IMG/VR virus record: IMGVR_UViG_3300044713_000194
Location: 1-64,000 of that record
Source: a virus
Strand: one strand, 5' to 3'
DNA length: 64,000 nt
Shown here: positions 37,462 to 47,681 of the stretch, piece after piece
Position numbering within the stretch: position 1 is the first letter of the stretch
Layout: each line of letters opens with the position of its first letter
The notes under the pieces: model-generated
Database searches by the model: none
The model's input: only the letters and a program-made list of their open reading frames with translations
What the model was told of the DNA's origin: nothing
Position numbers and translations under genes: made by a program

Positions 37462-38334
37462 TTAGAAAATCTTGCGCAGATGCGCATCGAGCTTTGCTTC
37501 GTCCGGCGTGATTACAAGCCGGTTATGAGCCGAGCCGGTCTTTGTTGCAGCGGCCACCTGTGTGAATGGCGTCTTTGGGCCGACCCAGCCGTCGAGAATG
37601 ATTGCGCGGTTAGCCGCGCCGGGAAACGCCGGAGTGCCAACCCAGGAGGCCTCCACGAACTTCACGCCGCCAAACGGCAGTGATTTGTGACCGCATAGCT
37701 CGGCGATACGACGGGGAATGCCGTCGTTATCCGTCAGGAATTGCCCCTTCATCGCAAGTAGGTGTTGGCAAAAAGAGTTGGCATCGGTACAACGAGCCCC
37801 GCAATAGCTGCACACAACCAGATCGGTGGTACAGCCCATCGACATGTAACGAACCTTGTTATTACGAATGTCTGCGACCAGGGATTCGTGCGCTAGATCG
37901 GTTGCTACCAGAATGTCCACGTAGTAGACCCAGACGTCCGGTGCGATCTTCACCTTGCGGAGGATCGCGTCGAGAATGTGTCCCTTGGCCGCCTTCCGCT
38001 TCTGGAGATGTTCGAGGAAATTGAACGCGCCGACGAATGTCTTGTAGGAGAGCCGCATCACGGTGTTCTCCCAGGCGTCGTCGTTGTTATTTACAAGGTG
38101 CGAGCACTCGGGCTTGATTAAGTGGTCTTCCGGGTCGGGCTCGACCATTACCGAACTCATAATGGTGCAGTGGGATAGGAGAAACTTGGATTGCTCGGCG
38201 GCGAAGCGCTTGATCCCAGCCGCAGCCGTCTTCTGGCCGAACGCGCGATCATGGTGCATCTTCTCCCAAGCCGGGAGGGAAACGAGATCCACAACCTCCG
38301 CATTCGCTATCTTGTTAAACGCCACCTGTAGCAC
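37462..38334 (-). CDS. Prohead (maturation) protease
   Basis: NNNDDAW, FLEH, KGHILDA, catalytic-type SMGC followed by CSYCG...CQHL, FVEASWVGTPAFPGA; probable start GTG 38325. Confidence 0.8.
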   Translation of the reverse strand: MLQVAFNKIANAEVVDLVSLPAWEKMHHDRAFGQKTAAAGIKRFAAEQSKFLLSHCTIMSSVMVEPDPEDHLIKPECSHLVNNNDDAWENTVMRLSYKTFVGAFNFLEHLQKRKAAKGHILDAILRKVKIAPDVWVYYVDILVATDLAHESLVADIRNNKVRYMSMGCTTDLVVCSYCGARCTDANSFCQHLLAMKGQFLTDNDGIPRRIAELCGHKSLPFGGVKFVEASWVGTPAFPGAANRAIILDGWVGPKTPFTQVAAATKTGSAHNRLVITPDEAKLDAHLRKIF

Positions 38335-38336
38335 TC

Positions 38337-38361
38337 CTCTATATAGAGGAGTTCCGAAGTC
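38337..38361 (-). promoter_or_regulatory. Late-type promoter motif
   Basis: GACTTCGGAACTCCTCTATATAGAG. Confidence 0.6.
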
Positions 38362-38400
38362 ATTTCCCTTGCCGGTACCTCACCACACGATCGAACCGGG

Positions 38401-39132
38401 TCAGTCTTCGCGGTCCTCTTCCATTTCCTTCTTAACGTCCTCGTCCAGGTGCGAGCGCATGTCATTCCTGGGCGGCAGGATTTTGGGGGTCTCGTGTAAC
38501 TTGATTTCGGCTTCCTTCTTGAACGAACAGGCGTTGCCGCACTTTTCACACACCACGTTGCTGGCTTGGTTATGGCCGCAGTCGGAGCAGGTGTACGTGG
38601 TGGCAATTCGGCGGAATCCCCGATGAGCCGAGGCCGTCATCCGCACCGAGCGGCGATCCTGCGAGATCCAATCTCGAAGATCGACGGTGCCATCGGCGGC
38701 GAATGACTGGATATGGCTACCTTTTGGAGCCACACGGGCCAACAGGTCAAGAGAGGCCGCGATCGCCTCGGCGAGCTTTAAATAATCGACCTTGTTTGTT
38801 CCGGCGGCTGCCGTCCGAGCCTGGCGCATCTGATAGCGGCTCACTTGGTCAATGAGATTCCAGATCATCTGTCGAGCAAGATTGTCCGGACTGAAACCTG
38901 ACGCTCGTTCCAGTGTGTGGAGGGTCTGATCGAGGAGTTTGCGGAATTCCATGGTGCGGCGAGAAGGCTCGTCGCTCTTTACCCCACCCATCTTGGTGGG
39001 ATCGAATTCGGTGCCCTTCGCAGCCCAAGGGCTGTTCCAATCCTTATCCGCAGCGGGATAGTCGGTCTCTTGAAGAAGCTCCTGGTTGGCCGCGTCCATG
39101 CCGCGCTTGCGAAGTAGAGGATGCTGGGCCAT
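38401..39132 (-). CDS. Hypothetical KxA-motif protein with C-terminal Zn ribbon
   Basis: RTAAA, MTASA, RIAT; CSDC...CEKC. Confidence 0.65.
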   Translation of the reverse strand: MAQHPLLRKRGMDAANQELLQETDYPAADKDWNSPWAAKGTEFDPTKMGGVKSDEPSRRTMEFRKLLDQTLHTLERASGFSPDNLARQMIWNLIDQVSRYQMRQARTAAAGTNKVDYLKLAEAIAASLDLLARVAPKGSHIQSFAADGTVDLRDWISQDRRSVRMTASAHRGFRRIATTYTCSDCGHNQASNVVCEKCGNACSFKKEAEIKLHETPKILPPRNDMRSHLDEDVKKEMEEDRED

Positions 39133-39141
39133 GCGTCACCT

Positions 39142-39172
39142 AAAAAGAAGGGAGGGCCGGTGCGGCCCTCCC
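39142..39172 (-). terminator. Terminator after tail tube gene
   Basis: GGGAGGGCCG/CGGCCCTCCC stem followed by TTCTTTTT. Confidence 0.75.
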
Positions 39173-39187
39173 ATGAGGAGGCGAAAC

Positions 39188-39871
39188 TTACGCGTTGACG
39201 TTGTTCTCAGCGAAGATCAACGACGCGCCGGTCACCGAGGAGGGATCGTTGCCGGAGTCGATGAACTCGCCGTAGACGGAGCCGGAGATGTCGAACACGT
39301 CGGTAACCAGGATGGTGCAATCCTCGGTCACAGCCGTCTGGTCGATGTTGTAGGTGGAATTGTACGACTCCATCCAACAACCTTCGTACACTGTGGCCAC
39401 GCAGTAGAGCGGTGGAACATTGCCCAGGTTATTGAGGCCGCCCTCGGGATTCACGGAAGCCGGGGTCGCCTCATCGACAGTCGGATCGGTCGAGGCAAGT
39501 TCCGAGAAGACAATCTCGGTCTTGATGTCAAAGGGCCACTTGTGATGCTTCAGCGAACGGACCAATCCGGAAACACCGGCCTTATAGCCGAACTGCTGCA
39601 TCAGGTTGCCGAGGTAGAGAGCGGTACGGGTCACGCTCAGCGACATCGGCTGGGTAACACCCGGTACAAGTTCGGCCACCTGGTCGCCGTACCCGAGGCC
39701 GCGTACCGTGTCGATGTTCTTCGACTCGGAGATCCCGAAGGACGAGGTTACACCCATGCGGGTGAACTTCCCCACCGAAACGACGGGTACATATATTTTG
39801 AAGCGGGTGCTGATGACAGACGAGGTCTGTGCCGTCGTACCCTGACGGTAGATGTAACTGGACGTGGCCAT
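39188..39871 (-). CDS. Tail tube protein
   Basis: RGLGYGDQVAELVPG...LSVTRTALY...PFDI...YEGCWMESY...TEDCTILVTD, myovirus tube pattern. Confidence 0.8.
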   Translation of the reverse strand: MATSSYIYRQGTTAQTSSVISTRFKIYVPVVSVGKFTRMGVTSSFGISESKNIDTVRGLGYGDQVAELVPGVTQPMSLSVTRTALYLGNLMQQFGYKAGVSGLVRSLKHHKWPFDIKTEIVFSELASTDPTVDEATPASVNPEGGLNNLGNVPPLYCVATVYEGCWMESYNSTYNIDQTAVTEDCTILVTDVFDISGSVYGEFIDSGNDPSSVTGASLIFAENNVNA

Positions 39872-39901
39872 CTAAAAATCCTCCGAATCGAGACCGGTCT
39901 C

Positions 39902-40741
39902 TTACTGGGTCTCATCAGAGGGGTTCAATAGCTGGTTTACGTTTAAATACATTTTTTCAGGTCTCGGCTCATTGAAGGGCTTGCCTAGGGCTGCGGCGGC
40001 TCGTTTACGGGCACACCAGCCGTTAAACTCCGGGGATCGGCGACGGTTGTACTTTGTAGCTCGTTCCGAAGCGGACCGGACACGCTCCTCGGTCCAATTT
40101 TCTTTAAGATTGGAGGTTACAACGGCTTTTCTATAGTGTGGGTCATCTTTCCATCGCTTTTGATTTCTTCGGGCTGCCTGCTTGCGCCCCTCAATGGATT
40201 TATTAAAGGCGACGAGGCGCGCCGTCACACTGTCTTGATCGGTCGTACTACGACACCGTTTCATGGAGGCTCTAAGAGATGCCAGCCCCTCCGGGGATAT
40301 GGTCTTCTTGATGCCTTTGTTACTAACTGCGATGTTTTGTCGCCATTGGGGCGATTTAGCGACTCCTATGCGTTGCCTGGACATTTGTTGCCGAGTCTTG
40401 ATCGAGTGCTGCCGTCCACGCATTGGAGCATCGGCTACGGCGGACATGTTATACCCGGAGCGGAACGCGTCAAACTGATCGATCAACCTCTGCTCATTCG
40501 AAAGTAGGGCTTCGCGCTCACACTCAAAGTGAACTGAAAAGCAGAATACAGATCCTCCGTGTTTGTTCCAGGCGTTCTGCAACTTTCGATTTACGTGTAC
40601 GTTTGCTTTTAAGGCGCGCCGATGTCTGCGCCATCTAGCTTCTATATCGAACGAACTACCGACGTACACCTTCCCATCGTTGGTATTCGTAATGAGATAC
40701 ACACCGCAGTATTTTTGCCGTCTCATTATTCTAGCCCGCAC
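39902..40741 (-). mobile_element. Free-standing GIY-YIG homing endonuclease with NUMOD3-like repeats
   Basis: GVYLITNTNDGKVYVGSS...RW.RH...GYN...GRQHSIKTRQQMS. Confidence 0.9.
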
Positions 40742-40855
40742 GTTCTCTAGTTGGCTCCGGTAAATCTGGCTAAGATCGGGGATTTTGAGGCCACCGGCTA
40801 TGGTGGCCTCGTATCTCTTTCCGCGCGGTGGAAGGATGAAAAATCGCTTATTTCT

Positions 40856-42937
40856 CTATTTTTCTTCTTCCCGGTCAGCGGCAGCCAGGTGCAGACCGCC
40901 CAGGCGAGAGGACTTCTTGCGGTTGGCGACGGCCTTAGCTGCCTCGGCTTCTTCCTCTTCCTGATGCTTCTGCTTGACAAGCACCTTGAGCGCCTCACCC
41001 ATCATCTCCATCGCGGAGAAGATTGATTCAACGGCCTCGCGCACGGGGCGCGACTCGTTGACAGAGGTGATCGGCTTCGAATCCAGGTAGAGCGCCTTCA
41101 GCTTGTCGGCGGCAGACTCGGCCAGCTTGATGGCCTTGTCGGTCGTGACATCGGCGGCGACCTTCAAATTCGCACCCTTGAAATACTCGTGAGCACGGAG
41201 CGCCTTCTCGGCCTCACCCTTGGTGGCGTGAGAATCGAGGACCTTGCCGTCCTTCACATTGCACCAGGGGGCTTCATCACCCTCGGAGTTCTTGTGTCCG
41301 GGGCGATGCTCGATTGTGGCCGTTTTAGCGGAGGCCTGGTGATCAGCCAATGCCTGTGGGTCGGGGGTGTTCTCGCCGGTATTCGCGAAGCTGTCCGTGT
41401 GCGCGTCGCCGGTCAGACCGGACTCGCCGTCCTCTTCCGTTGCGCCCATACTCTCAAGCTCCTCGGCGACCGCGTGCAGAAACCACTTCATGTGCTTGAC
41501 GTTTCCGAAAATCTGTCCGATGTTTGCGGCCACATCAAACACAACATCGTCTTCGTCTTCGATTGCACGCTGGGCGGCTTCGATGAACTTGGGGTCGATG
41601 GTTTTGGCGGCCAACTTCTCAGGAAGGGTGGTTGCAGGCAGCGTGATGCCGGTATGATCTTCAACGCCGGTTACGCTGGGAACCACGCTCTTGTCGCCTT
41701 CGAGAACCTTGGCGGTATCTTCATTCGTCGGAGGCGCGGTGGACGCCAACTTGCTGGGTTCGGTTGTCGCGGGCTTCTTCACGCCTGATTTATCCTCGAC
41801 ACCGGTGACGGTGGGGGAGACGCTCTTGTCTCCCTCAATCACTTTGCCGGTGCTGTTGGCCGACGCGGGCTGGCTGGTTGTCGCAAACTTGCTCGGAGTA
41901 TCGGTCTTCGGACGCTTGATGCCCGTGTGATCCTCAACTTTGTCGCGCCCATCCGGAATGGACTTGTCGCCTTCGAGCACCTTCGAGGTCTCCTCGTTGA
42001 CGGCGGGTGCCCCGGAGCCCATTGCGGCTGCGGTCTTCTGCTCCTCGATCTGCTTGGGGCGCGTGCGAAGTTCTTCGCTCATTCCTGCGACAGCTTCCTG
42101 CGCGGCCTTGTCATTGGCGAAGTCGGAGGTTTTCGAAAGGGCCTCGATGCAAGCCGTAAGAGCCTCGGCGGTCCAGTACTTGTACTTGCCACCGGCGGCG
42201 CTTACACTTGGGACTGCCTCCGGAGCGGCCACGGGTGCCGTGGGCTCCGTCTGAGCCGGAACCGGAGTCTCTTCGGCGGTCTTTGCGCTCGCAGCCTTCT
42301 TCTCAGGGGCTTCTTCAACTTCCTCGGCCTGGGGCATGTGGTTCACAATCTGGTTGCCGGGTGCGCCTTCGAACGAAACCGTGTGGCCGAGCAGAAGCTC
42401 TTCGCCCGCGCTCTCGTGTGCATGCTTCTCGTGATAGTAGACGCGGCCATCCGGCGCTTCGAGAACCGGCGCTTCGATAAACTGACCGAGGTCACCGGCA
42501 TCCAGCCACTGCCAACCGCCTTCGAAAGCAGAACCGAGAAGTTTGTGCAGGACTTGTCCGTCACTCCAGACCTGGTTGACCTTGCGCTCGGGGTTGACAA
42601 ATTCACCAAGTTTTTCAAGTGTCTGAGTGTGCAGGTGGTGCGAATTGCTCTCGACAAAGCGGTGCATGCCATCGGCGTTCGGAATGAGATTGAGTTTGTT
42701 GTCGTCGGTCTGAACCAAAGTGACGGTACCGGCATGTGAAACCACTTCGGCGATCTTCACAACGCCCGTCTGGGCGGCAGTCTTTGTGTTCTCGTCCTTC
42801 TCTGTGGAAGCGAGGCGAACGTCATCGGTACTCGGTTGCTCGATCTCCGGAGTGCGATCGGTGGAAAAATTGTCGCCGCCGCTCGCCGCCCGATTCTGCG
42901 CCTGCCGCCTCCGTTCAAACATTCTCGACTTGCTCAT
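40856..42937 (-). CDS. Putative internal head protein with KxA motifs and three ~44-aa repeats
   Basis: KTAA, KIAE, KKAASAKTAE; repeats KVLEGDKS...VEDHTG...K[FL]A. Confidence 0.7.
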   Translation of the reverse strand: MSKSRMFERRRQAQNRAASGGDNFSTDRTPEIEQPSTDDVRLASTEKDENTKTAAQTGVVKIAEVVSHAGTVTLVQTDDNKLNLIPNADGMHRFVESNSHHLHTQTLEKLGEFVNPERKVNQVWSDGQVLHKLLGSAFEGGWQWLDAGDLGQFIEAPVLEAPDGRVYYHEKHAHESAGEELLLGHTVSFEGAPGNQIVNHMPQAEEVEEAPEKKAASAKTAEETPVPAQTEPTAPVAAPEAVPSVSAAGGKYKYWTAEALTACIEALSKTSDFANDKAAQEAVAGMSEELRTRPKQIEEQKTAAAMGSGAPAVNEETSKVLEGDKSIPDGRDKVEDHTGIKRPKTDTPSKFATTSQPASANSTGKVIEGDKSVSPTVTGVEDKSGVKKPATTEPSKLASTAPPTNEDTAKVLEGDKSVVPSVTGVEDHTGITLPATTLPEKLAAKTIDPKFIEAAQRAIEDEDDVVFDVAANIGQIFGNVKHMKWFLHAVAEELESMGATEEDGESGLTGDAHTDSFANTGENTPDPQALADHQASAKTATIEHRPGHKNSEGDEAPWCNVKDGKVLDSHATKGEAEKALRAHEYFKGANLKVAADVTTDKAIKLAESAADKLKALYLDSKPITSVNESRPVREAVESIFSAMEMMGEALKVLVKQKHQEEEEAEAAKAVANRKKSSRLGGLHLAAADREEEK
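41609..42007 (-). repeat. Three tandem ~44-aa protein repeats
   Basis: PAVNEETSKVLEGDKS.../PASANSTGKVIEGDKS.../PPTNEDTAKVLEGDKS..., ending SKFA/SKLA/EKLA. Confidence 0.85.
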
Positions 42938-42994
42938 ATCTGTCTCCGTATAACTCACTTATGAGTTCTGAAAGTCTTTCGTCGAAATCTGACC

Positions 42995-43468
42995 TTAGAT
43001 CGTCGCGTTCGGCAGGGATGTCGTCGCCGACTGTTCGCGCAGCGTTGTCATGGCCGTCTGTACCTTCGTCTGAATAGCGGCGGCCCATACGGTTGCGGCT
43101 TCGGTAGGGTTCTGAGTGATGCAGTCGAGCGGACCGCGCTCGGGAGGCAGAGGGACCCTCTGAGACCATCCTGGGTACTGCGGTTCACCTGGAAGCGGGA
43201 CCTGCGCGGCGGGTAAGACTGTCATAAAGCGCGCCGTCACGCCGCTCATCTGCGTCGTGATGCCGACAAAAAGCTCGGCTGCCGGAAACGTGAAAGTGAA
43301 GCTGGTGTTGTTCGGGTCCGTATACGAACCACCCAGATTGACCTGTGGATCTCCAAGGGCCAGGATGAGCGCACGGTCGGTAGCGTCGGTGTCCGCGCCG
43401 GTAAAGAGCGCCTGCATCGTAACGCTGATGATTCCGTTCTGCTCGGTTACCTGTGGATGAATCTGCAT
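42995..43468 (-). CDS. Hypothetical tail-associated protein
   Basis: 157 aa directly downstream of sheath. Confidence 0.65.
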   Translation of the reverse strand: MQIHPQVTEQNGIISVTMQALFTGADTDATDRALILALGDPQVNLGGSYTDPNNTSFTFTFPAAELFVGITTQMSGVTARFMTVLPAAQVPLPGEPQYPGWSQRVPLPPERGPLDCITQNPTEAATVWAAAIQTKVQTAMTTLREQSATTSLPNATI

Positions 43469-43480
43469 TCTGTTCTCCCG

Positions 43481-43514
43481 AAAAGAGCCCGGAGGAGCAG
43501 GTTCGCTCCTCCGG
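43481..43514 (-). terminator. Terminator after sheath gene
   Basis: CCGGAGGAGC/GCTCCTCCGG stem followed by GCTCTTTT. Confidence 0.65.
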
Positions 43515-43520
43515 CAGTCC

Positions 43521-46500
43521 TTAGTTGTTCATGCTGATGTTGACCGAGAAAGTCACGTTGATCCACAGAACGGACCACATCGGCGCGTAACTTACGGTCA
43601 CGTCGAAGGTGGTTGGATCGGAAGAATCCTGTACCACGCTCACCGGTCCGGCAGCGCTGATCAGATTGTTGACCCAGCCGTTCATCAAGGAATTGCCCAC
43701 CGCTTCCATCGAGGACGGCAGCGTGCTCAGTTCCTTGCGGCCCACGAACTGCTTGAAGTTCTTCCGGAACGCCTTCGCCACAAAGTCGTTGATAGTGGTG
43801 ACATACGGTTCGGAAGTCAATGGGTTGGCCGGGTTGGTGGTCTTGTAGTGACGGCACTCCAGAGCCCCCGGTACGCTGTCAAACACCGTGATACCAGCCT
43901 GCGCCAACTGGTCCTTCGTCGGCGAATTGTATTCCTGAAGTGCACGGCTGAAGCCGATCACCTTCTGGCCGGTAAGGGTGGTGGCCACGTCGTTCGACGG
44001 GTTCAGGTTCAAACCCGCAGTCGCTGCCGCCAGGAATTCACCGGAGACCAGGTTCTCAACCGCTGGCTGTGAAACCGAAGGTTGGAGCATGATTCCCAGG
44101 GCGGGCGGCCAGACCGCGATCACGCGCTGGTTGGCGATCGCCTGAGCCGTCGCGGAAGCAGCCGTTGGCGTCGAATACTGGTTGAAGCCAACGAAAGCAA
44201 TGGCCTCTCCCTTCTGACGCGGAGTCGCCTGCTTGGTCAGGAACTGGCTAAGCGCCTGCTGCACATTGACCGAGGTGGACAACGGTACGATCACACCCGC
44301 CTTGCCGCCGCCAGGAATCGGCGTGGTGAGCGAATTGATCGCGTCGATGAAGCTCTGATCCGACGCAAAGGCCGTGCCCGCTACAACCGGCACCTGGATG
44401 ACCCCGAACTGGCCCGCACCGTTAGCGGTCAGCAACTGAATCGCAATCGAGAGGCGGTTGTTGACACTGTTCGGCTGGCCATACTCCGCATACGCATCGT
44501 CAGGGCTGGCGAAAGTCTGAAGAGCGAAGTCGGAGGCCTGCTTGTTGACCGTGAACGTCACGTAGTAGTACTCGCCGACAGCCGGGGAGTTACCCGAACG
44601 GCTGAAGGTTGAAATCAATGCCGTGTCGCCCACCTTATTGCCCAGCGTGCTGACCACGTCGGTCTTGAGGCCGGGGACGGCAACGATAGTCTCTCCGGTC
44701 ACAAAGCCCGCCGTGCGGCTGATGACGAAGCTCAGTGTGTCACCTGGAGTGAATTTGTAGCTCGGGCTCGGCAACTGAGTGTAACCGTAGCTGAGCGCGC
44801 TCGCCGGATCGACGATCGTGAACTGCACACCCGTGGTCTGGTCGATGTAGGTCTGGCCGAGATAGCCGGACGCGCCAACCGCACCCGAGCCGGAGTCTGC
44901 ATTGCCACCTTCGGGCGTGGTTGCGCCGCCCGTCAGACCGAGGCCGTCGGCCTGTGCCTGCTGCGCCGTGCGGCTGGTGGTGACAAGAAAGCGGTTGGCA
45001 AACGGAGTCGAAACAGCCGCCGCGCCGCCTGCCAGGTTGGTGGCCGCCTGTGCGGTCGCCTGGCCGGAAGTCGATGCACCCTCCGCCGCCGAGCAAAGAA
45101 TCACGCCAGCACCGGATACGGTTGGCGGGAAGCTGGAGAACAGGGCGATGACCTCCGCCCAGGTGCGCACCGTCTCCTGATCGGCCATCAACAGTTCGAC
45201 GGTGACGGCGGTCCCACTGACGCTGATCGCCGTGGCATCCGCCTGACCGGTGCCGCCACTGAGGAGAGCAATGGTGACCGAGTTGCCAGCGGTGCCCGGG
45301 GTGGTTGCCGTGAACACCAGGGTTGAGGCAATCTCGATTGATGCCTGCACTGCTGGGGTGGTAATGGTCGAGAGACCGTCGTCCTGGAATGTCAGGGTGA
45401 CCGTTTCCGCCGCGCCGCCGATGGCCGCCTGAAGATCCGAGAAGTTGCTCGGCCAGACGATCCCGGTGTCGGCAAAGTTCGCGTTGGCTACGGTGTCGGT
45501 GCCGTTTGACGCAACTGGAACGATCTGGTTGTTCTCGTCCGTCACGGTGTAGGTGCCCTGACCCGAGGTGCCTGCGGTCTTGACTGCCACGGTGAACGCG
45601 TGGTCGTTCAGTACGCTGCGGTAGTAGGTGGCATAGACGTTCTGCCCTTGTGCCGCCGGGTTGTAAAGGGTGACCTTAGCGCTGGCACCGGAAAGCTGAG
45701 CCACGGTGACTGCACCGCTGCTCGCGGCCTCGATTGGGTTGGGGCCGACATAAACCTTGACCAAAGATGGGTCATCGGTTGGGACGCCAAGGCCCGAGCC
45801 GTCTACCGGCACATCGGGGAGAGTGAAAACGGAGTTGACCCCGCTCGTCGCGCCGGAGAGGAGCCGCAGGTAGACCTTCTGATCAACCAGGGTTGTATTG
45901 ATGTCAGTCGCGTTGAAAGCCGGAAACCCAGCCGTGTTCTGACCGGCGGCGGTCGAAACCGCAGCGCCCCAAGCAATCGAGTTGCCGTTCAGGGTGTAGT
46001 CAACGCCCTCGACGAAATTGGAGGTGTTTGGACCGAAGCCGATTTCGACGATCGAAGCAACATTCGAAGACGGAAGCTGGTCGGAGGTGTTCTGCCAAGT
46101 GTTGGTGAAATAGGTGGCCAGAAGGGTTGCACCCGCAGGTACGGCGTTCGCTAGGGTGACAAGGCCGGTCGAGCCGTCCACGGCGGTAACCGTGGCTGGC
46201 TGTCCATTTACTGTGACGGAAACCTTGGTCGGATCGGTCGTTACGACACCACCGTTTGTGCCATCGACAATCGGAGTCTGCTGCACCTTGAAGATGGTGT
46301 TGGTGTTCGGACCCGCGCCGCCTGTGAAAGCGGTGGCCGTGAGGGCTGCCCCAGCCGTCGAGGAGGAGCCCCCGGAAACGACGGTAATGTAACCGGCGGT
46401 GGTCTCGATGCCCGCGTTGATCAGTGCCGCGACTTCGGCCAGCGTGCGGACCGTGTTGTCGGTGTTGCGAAGCTCGATTGAGATCGCGTTGGTGCCCGCA

Positions 46501-47126
46501 CCGGACACAGCCTGAAGATCGGAAACGCCCGAGCCGGTCGTGGCCAAAGTCAGCGCGAGCGTGACGTCGTTGCCGAGCGCGCCGGGGATGGTGAGCGACA
46601 AGTGCAGTGTCGCCTGGATCGCGAGGGTAGCGAAAGTCGGAACCTGGAACGAATCGTTTTCGTTAAGGACCTGGGTGTCGGTGCGCTTGAAGTAGTAGTT
46701 GACGTAGAGACTGCTGCCTTCGGGAACAATCGTCTGGGTGCTGAACTGGCCGGTCGCTCCGTTTAAGGAGAGGACCGTCACCGGCAACGCCGCAGTCTGT
46801 CCCGGCGCTACCACAGTGACCGAAAGATAGGAGGGATTGTTGGTTACGGTGCCGGTTCCATTGCCGGTAACAACGGGGAAGTGCGACAATTGAAAAGGAC
46901 CTGTGGTGCCGTTGACCTGCGCGGTGAGGTTCTCAGCCACGACCTGGTCATCGGAGGTTGCACTCGAACCACGATGCATTTCAACGTTGGATTCGGTGAA
47001 AACCTGCTGGCCTTCTCCGATCAACACCGGAATCCGCGCGCTCGGCGGCAGGGATGCAACGGTGTCGTTCAGGATCGTCTCGGTGTAGACACCGGGCGGC
47101 GTGTAAGACGTGGAGAAAAGTGCCAT
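43521..47126 (-). CDS. Contractile tail sheath protein with extra Ig-like domains
   Basis: N-terminal YTPPGVYT...IPVLIGEG; C-terminal sheath core (LAAA..G...LT...GF...L.QAGITV...F.V.V.YAP). Confidence 0.9.
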   Translation of the reverse strand: MALFSTSYTPPGVYTETILNDTVASLPPSARIPVLIGEGQQVFTESNVEMHRGSSATSDDQVVAENLTAQVNGTTGPFQLSHFPVVTGNGTGTVTNNPSYLSVTVVAPGQTAALPVTVLSLNGATGQFSTQTIVPEGSSLYVNYYFKRTDTQVLNENDSFQVPTFATLAIQATLHLSLTIPGALGNDVTLALTLATTGSGVSDLQAVSGAGTNAISIELRNTDNTVRTLAEVAALINAGIETTAGYITVVSGGSSSTAGAALTATAFTGGAGPNTNTIFKVQQTPIVDGTNGGVVTTDPTKVSVTVNGQPATVTAVDGSTGLVTLANAVPAGATLLATYFTNTWQNTSDQLPSSNVASIVEIGFGPNTSNFVEGVDYTLNGNSIAWGAAVSTAAGQNTAGFPAFNATDINTTLVDQKVYLRLLSGATSGVNSVFTLPDVPVDGSGLGVPTDDPSLVKVYVGPNPIEAASSGAVTVAQLSGASAKVTLYNPAAQGQNVYATYYRSVLNDHAFTVAVKTAGTSGQGTYTVTDENNQIVPVASNGTDTVANANFADTGIVWPSNFSDLQAAIGGAAETVTLTFQDDGLSTITTPAVQASIEIASTLVFTATTPGTAGNSVTIALLSGGTGQADATAISVSGTAVTVELLMADQETVRTWAEVIALFSSFPPTVSGAGVILCSAAEGASTSGQATAQAATNLAGGAAAVSTPFANRFLVTTSRTAQQAQADGLGLTGGATTPEGGNADSGSGAVGASGYLGQTYIDQTTGVQFTIVDPASALSYGYTQLPSPSYKFTPGDTLSFVISRTAGFVTGETIVAVPGLKTDVVSTLGNKVGDTALISTFSRSGNSPAVGEYYYVTFTVNKQASDFALQTFASPDDAYAEYGQPNSVNNRLSIAIQLLTANGAGQFGVIQVPVVAGTAFASDQSFIDAINSLTTPIPGGGKAGVIVPLSTSVNVQQALSQFLTKQATPRQKGEAIAFVGFNQYSTPTAASATAQAIANQRVIAVWPPALGIMLQPSVSQPAVENLVSGEFLAAATAGLNLNPSNDVATTLTGQKVIGFSRALQEYNSPTKDQLAQAGITVFDSVPGALECRHYKTTNPANPLTSEPYVTTINDFVAKAFRKNFKQFVGRKELSTLPSSMEAVGNSLMNGWVNNLISAAGPVSVVQDSSDPTTFDVTVSYAPMWSVLWINVTFSVNISMNN

Positions 47127-47179
47127 TTGTCGGCTCCTCGCCCAATTACTTAGCGATTGGGTGCGCTGGGAGTGAAATC

Positions 47180-47204
47180 CATCTCTATGAAGAGATTGGA
47201 AGTC
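47180..47204 (-). promoter_or_regulatory. Late-type promoter motif for sheath
   Basis: GACTTCCAATCTCTTCATAGAGATG. Confidence 0.6.
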
Positions 47205-47234
47205 CGTTTATTTCTACGCTTCGATTTTGGAGCC

Positions 47235-47657
47235 TTAGCGGGGCTGCTCGACGAGTTTGGTCTGGGCGTCGGCATCCGGCTTGTGACCGTCCCGCTCGAC
47301 ATACCCTAAGGCGCGGGTACGGGCCAGGCGCTGCTCAGCCGAGATGGGGGTGAACTCGTTGTAACCGGTGGCGACCAGGCCCTGCTTACCGGCCTCGCGG
47401 CGGACCTTGTTGCGCTTGTTCTGGCGCTCGTTAATGCTGGACCAGCGCGCTTCGGACTCGCGGCCTACAACCGCGTCGATCGGAGCGTTGGACAGGCCGT
47501 TGGTTCCGATTCCGGGAACAGAAAGTTTGGGCCACGCGGGGGTATGACAGAACTTGCAGGGTATGGTGGACGGCTTGGAGGCCGACATGGGCTGTACAAG
47601 CTCCGTCACCGCCCCGCAGCCGCCTTCGCCTTCACACTTGTATTCGTAGATTGCCAT
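47235..47657 (-). CDS. FmdB-family zinc-ribbon protein
   Basis: MAIYEYKC....CG...E..Q.M....PC.FC. Confidence 0.8.
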   Translation of the reverse strand: MAIYEYKCEGEGGCGAVTELVQPMSASKPSTIPCKFCHTPAWPKLSVPGIGTNGLSNAPIDAVVGRESEARWSSINERQNKRNKVRREAGKQGLVATGYNEFTPISAEQRLARTRALGYVERDGHKPDADAQTKLVEQPR

Positions 47658-47681
47658 GAAACTCCTTCGAGATAACGCCTA

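Noticed and set aside
39902-40856. Group I intron around the GIY-YIG gene
   Set aside because: Flanking genes are intact and no conserved P7-type core was recognised
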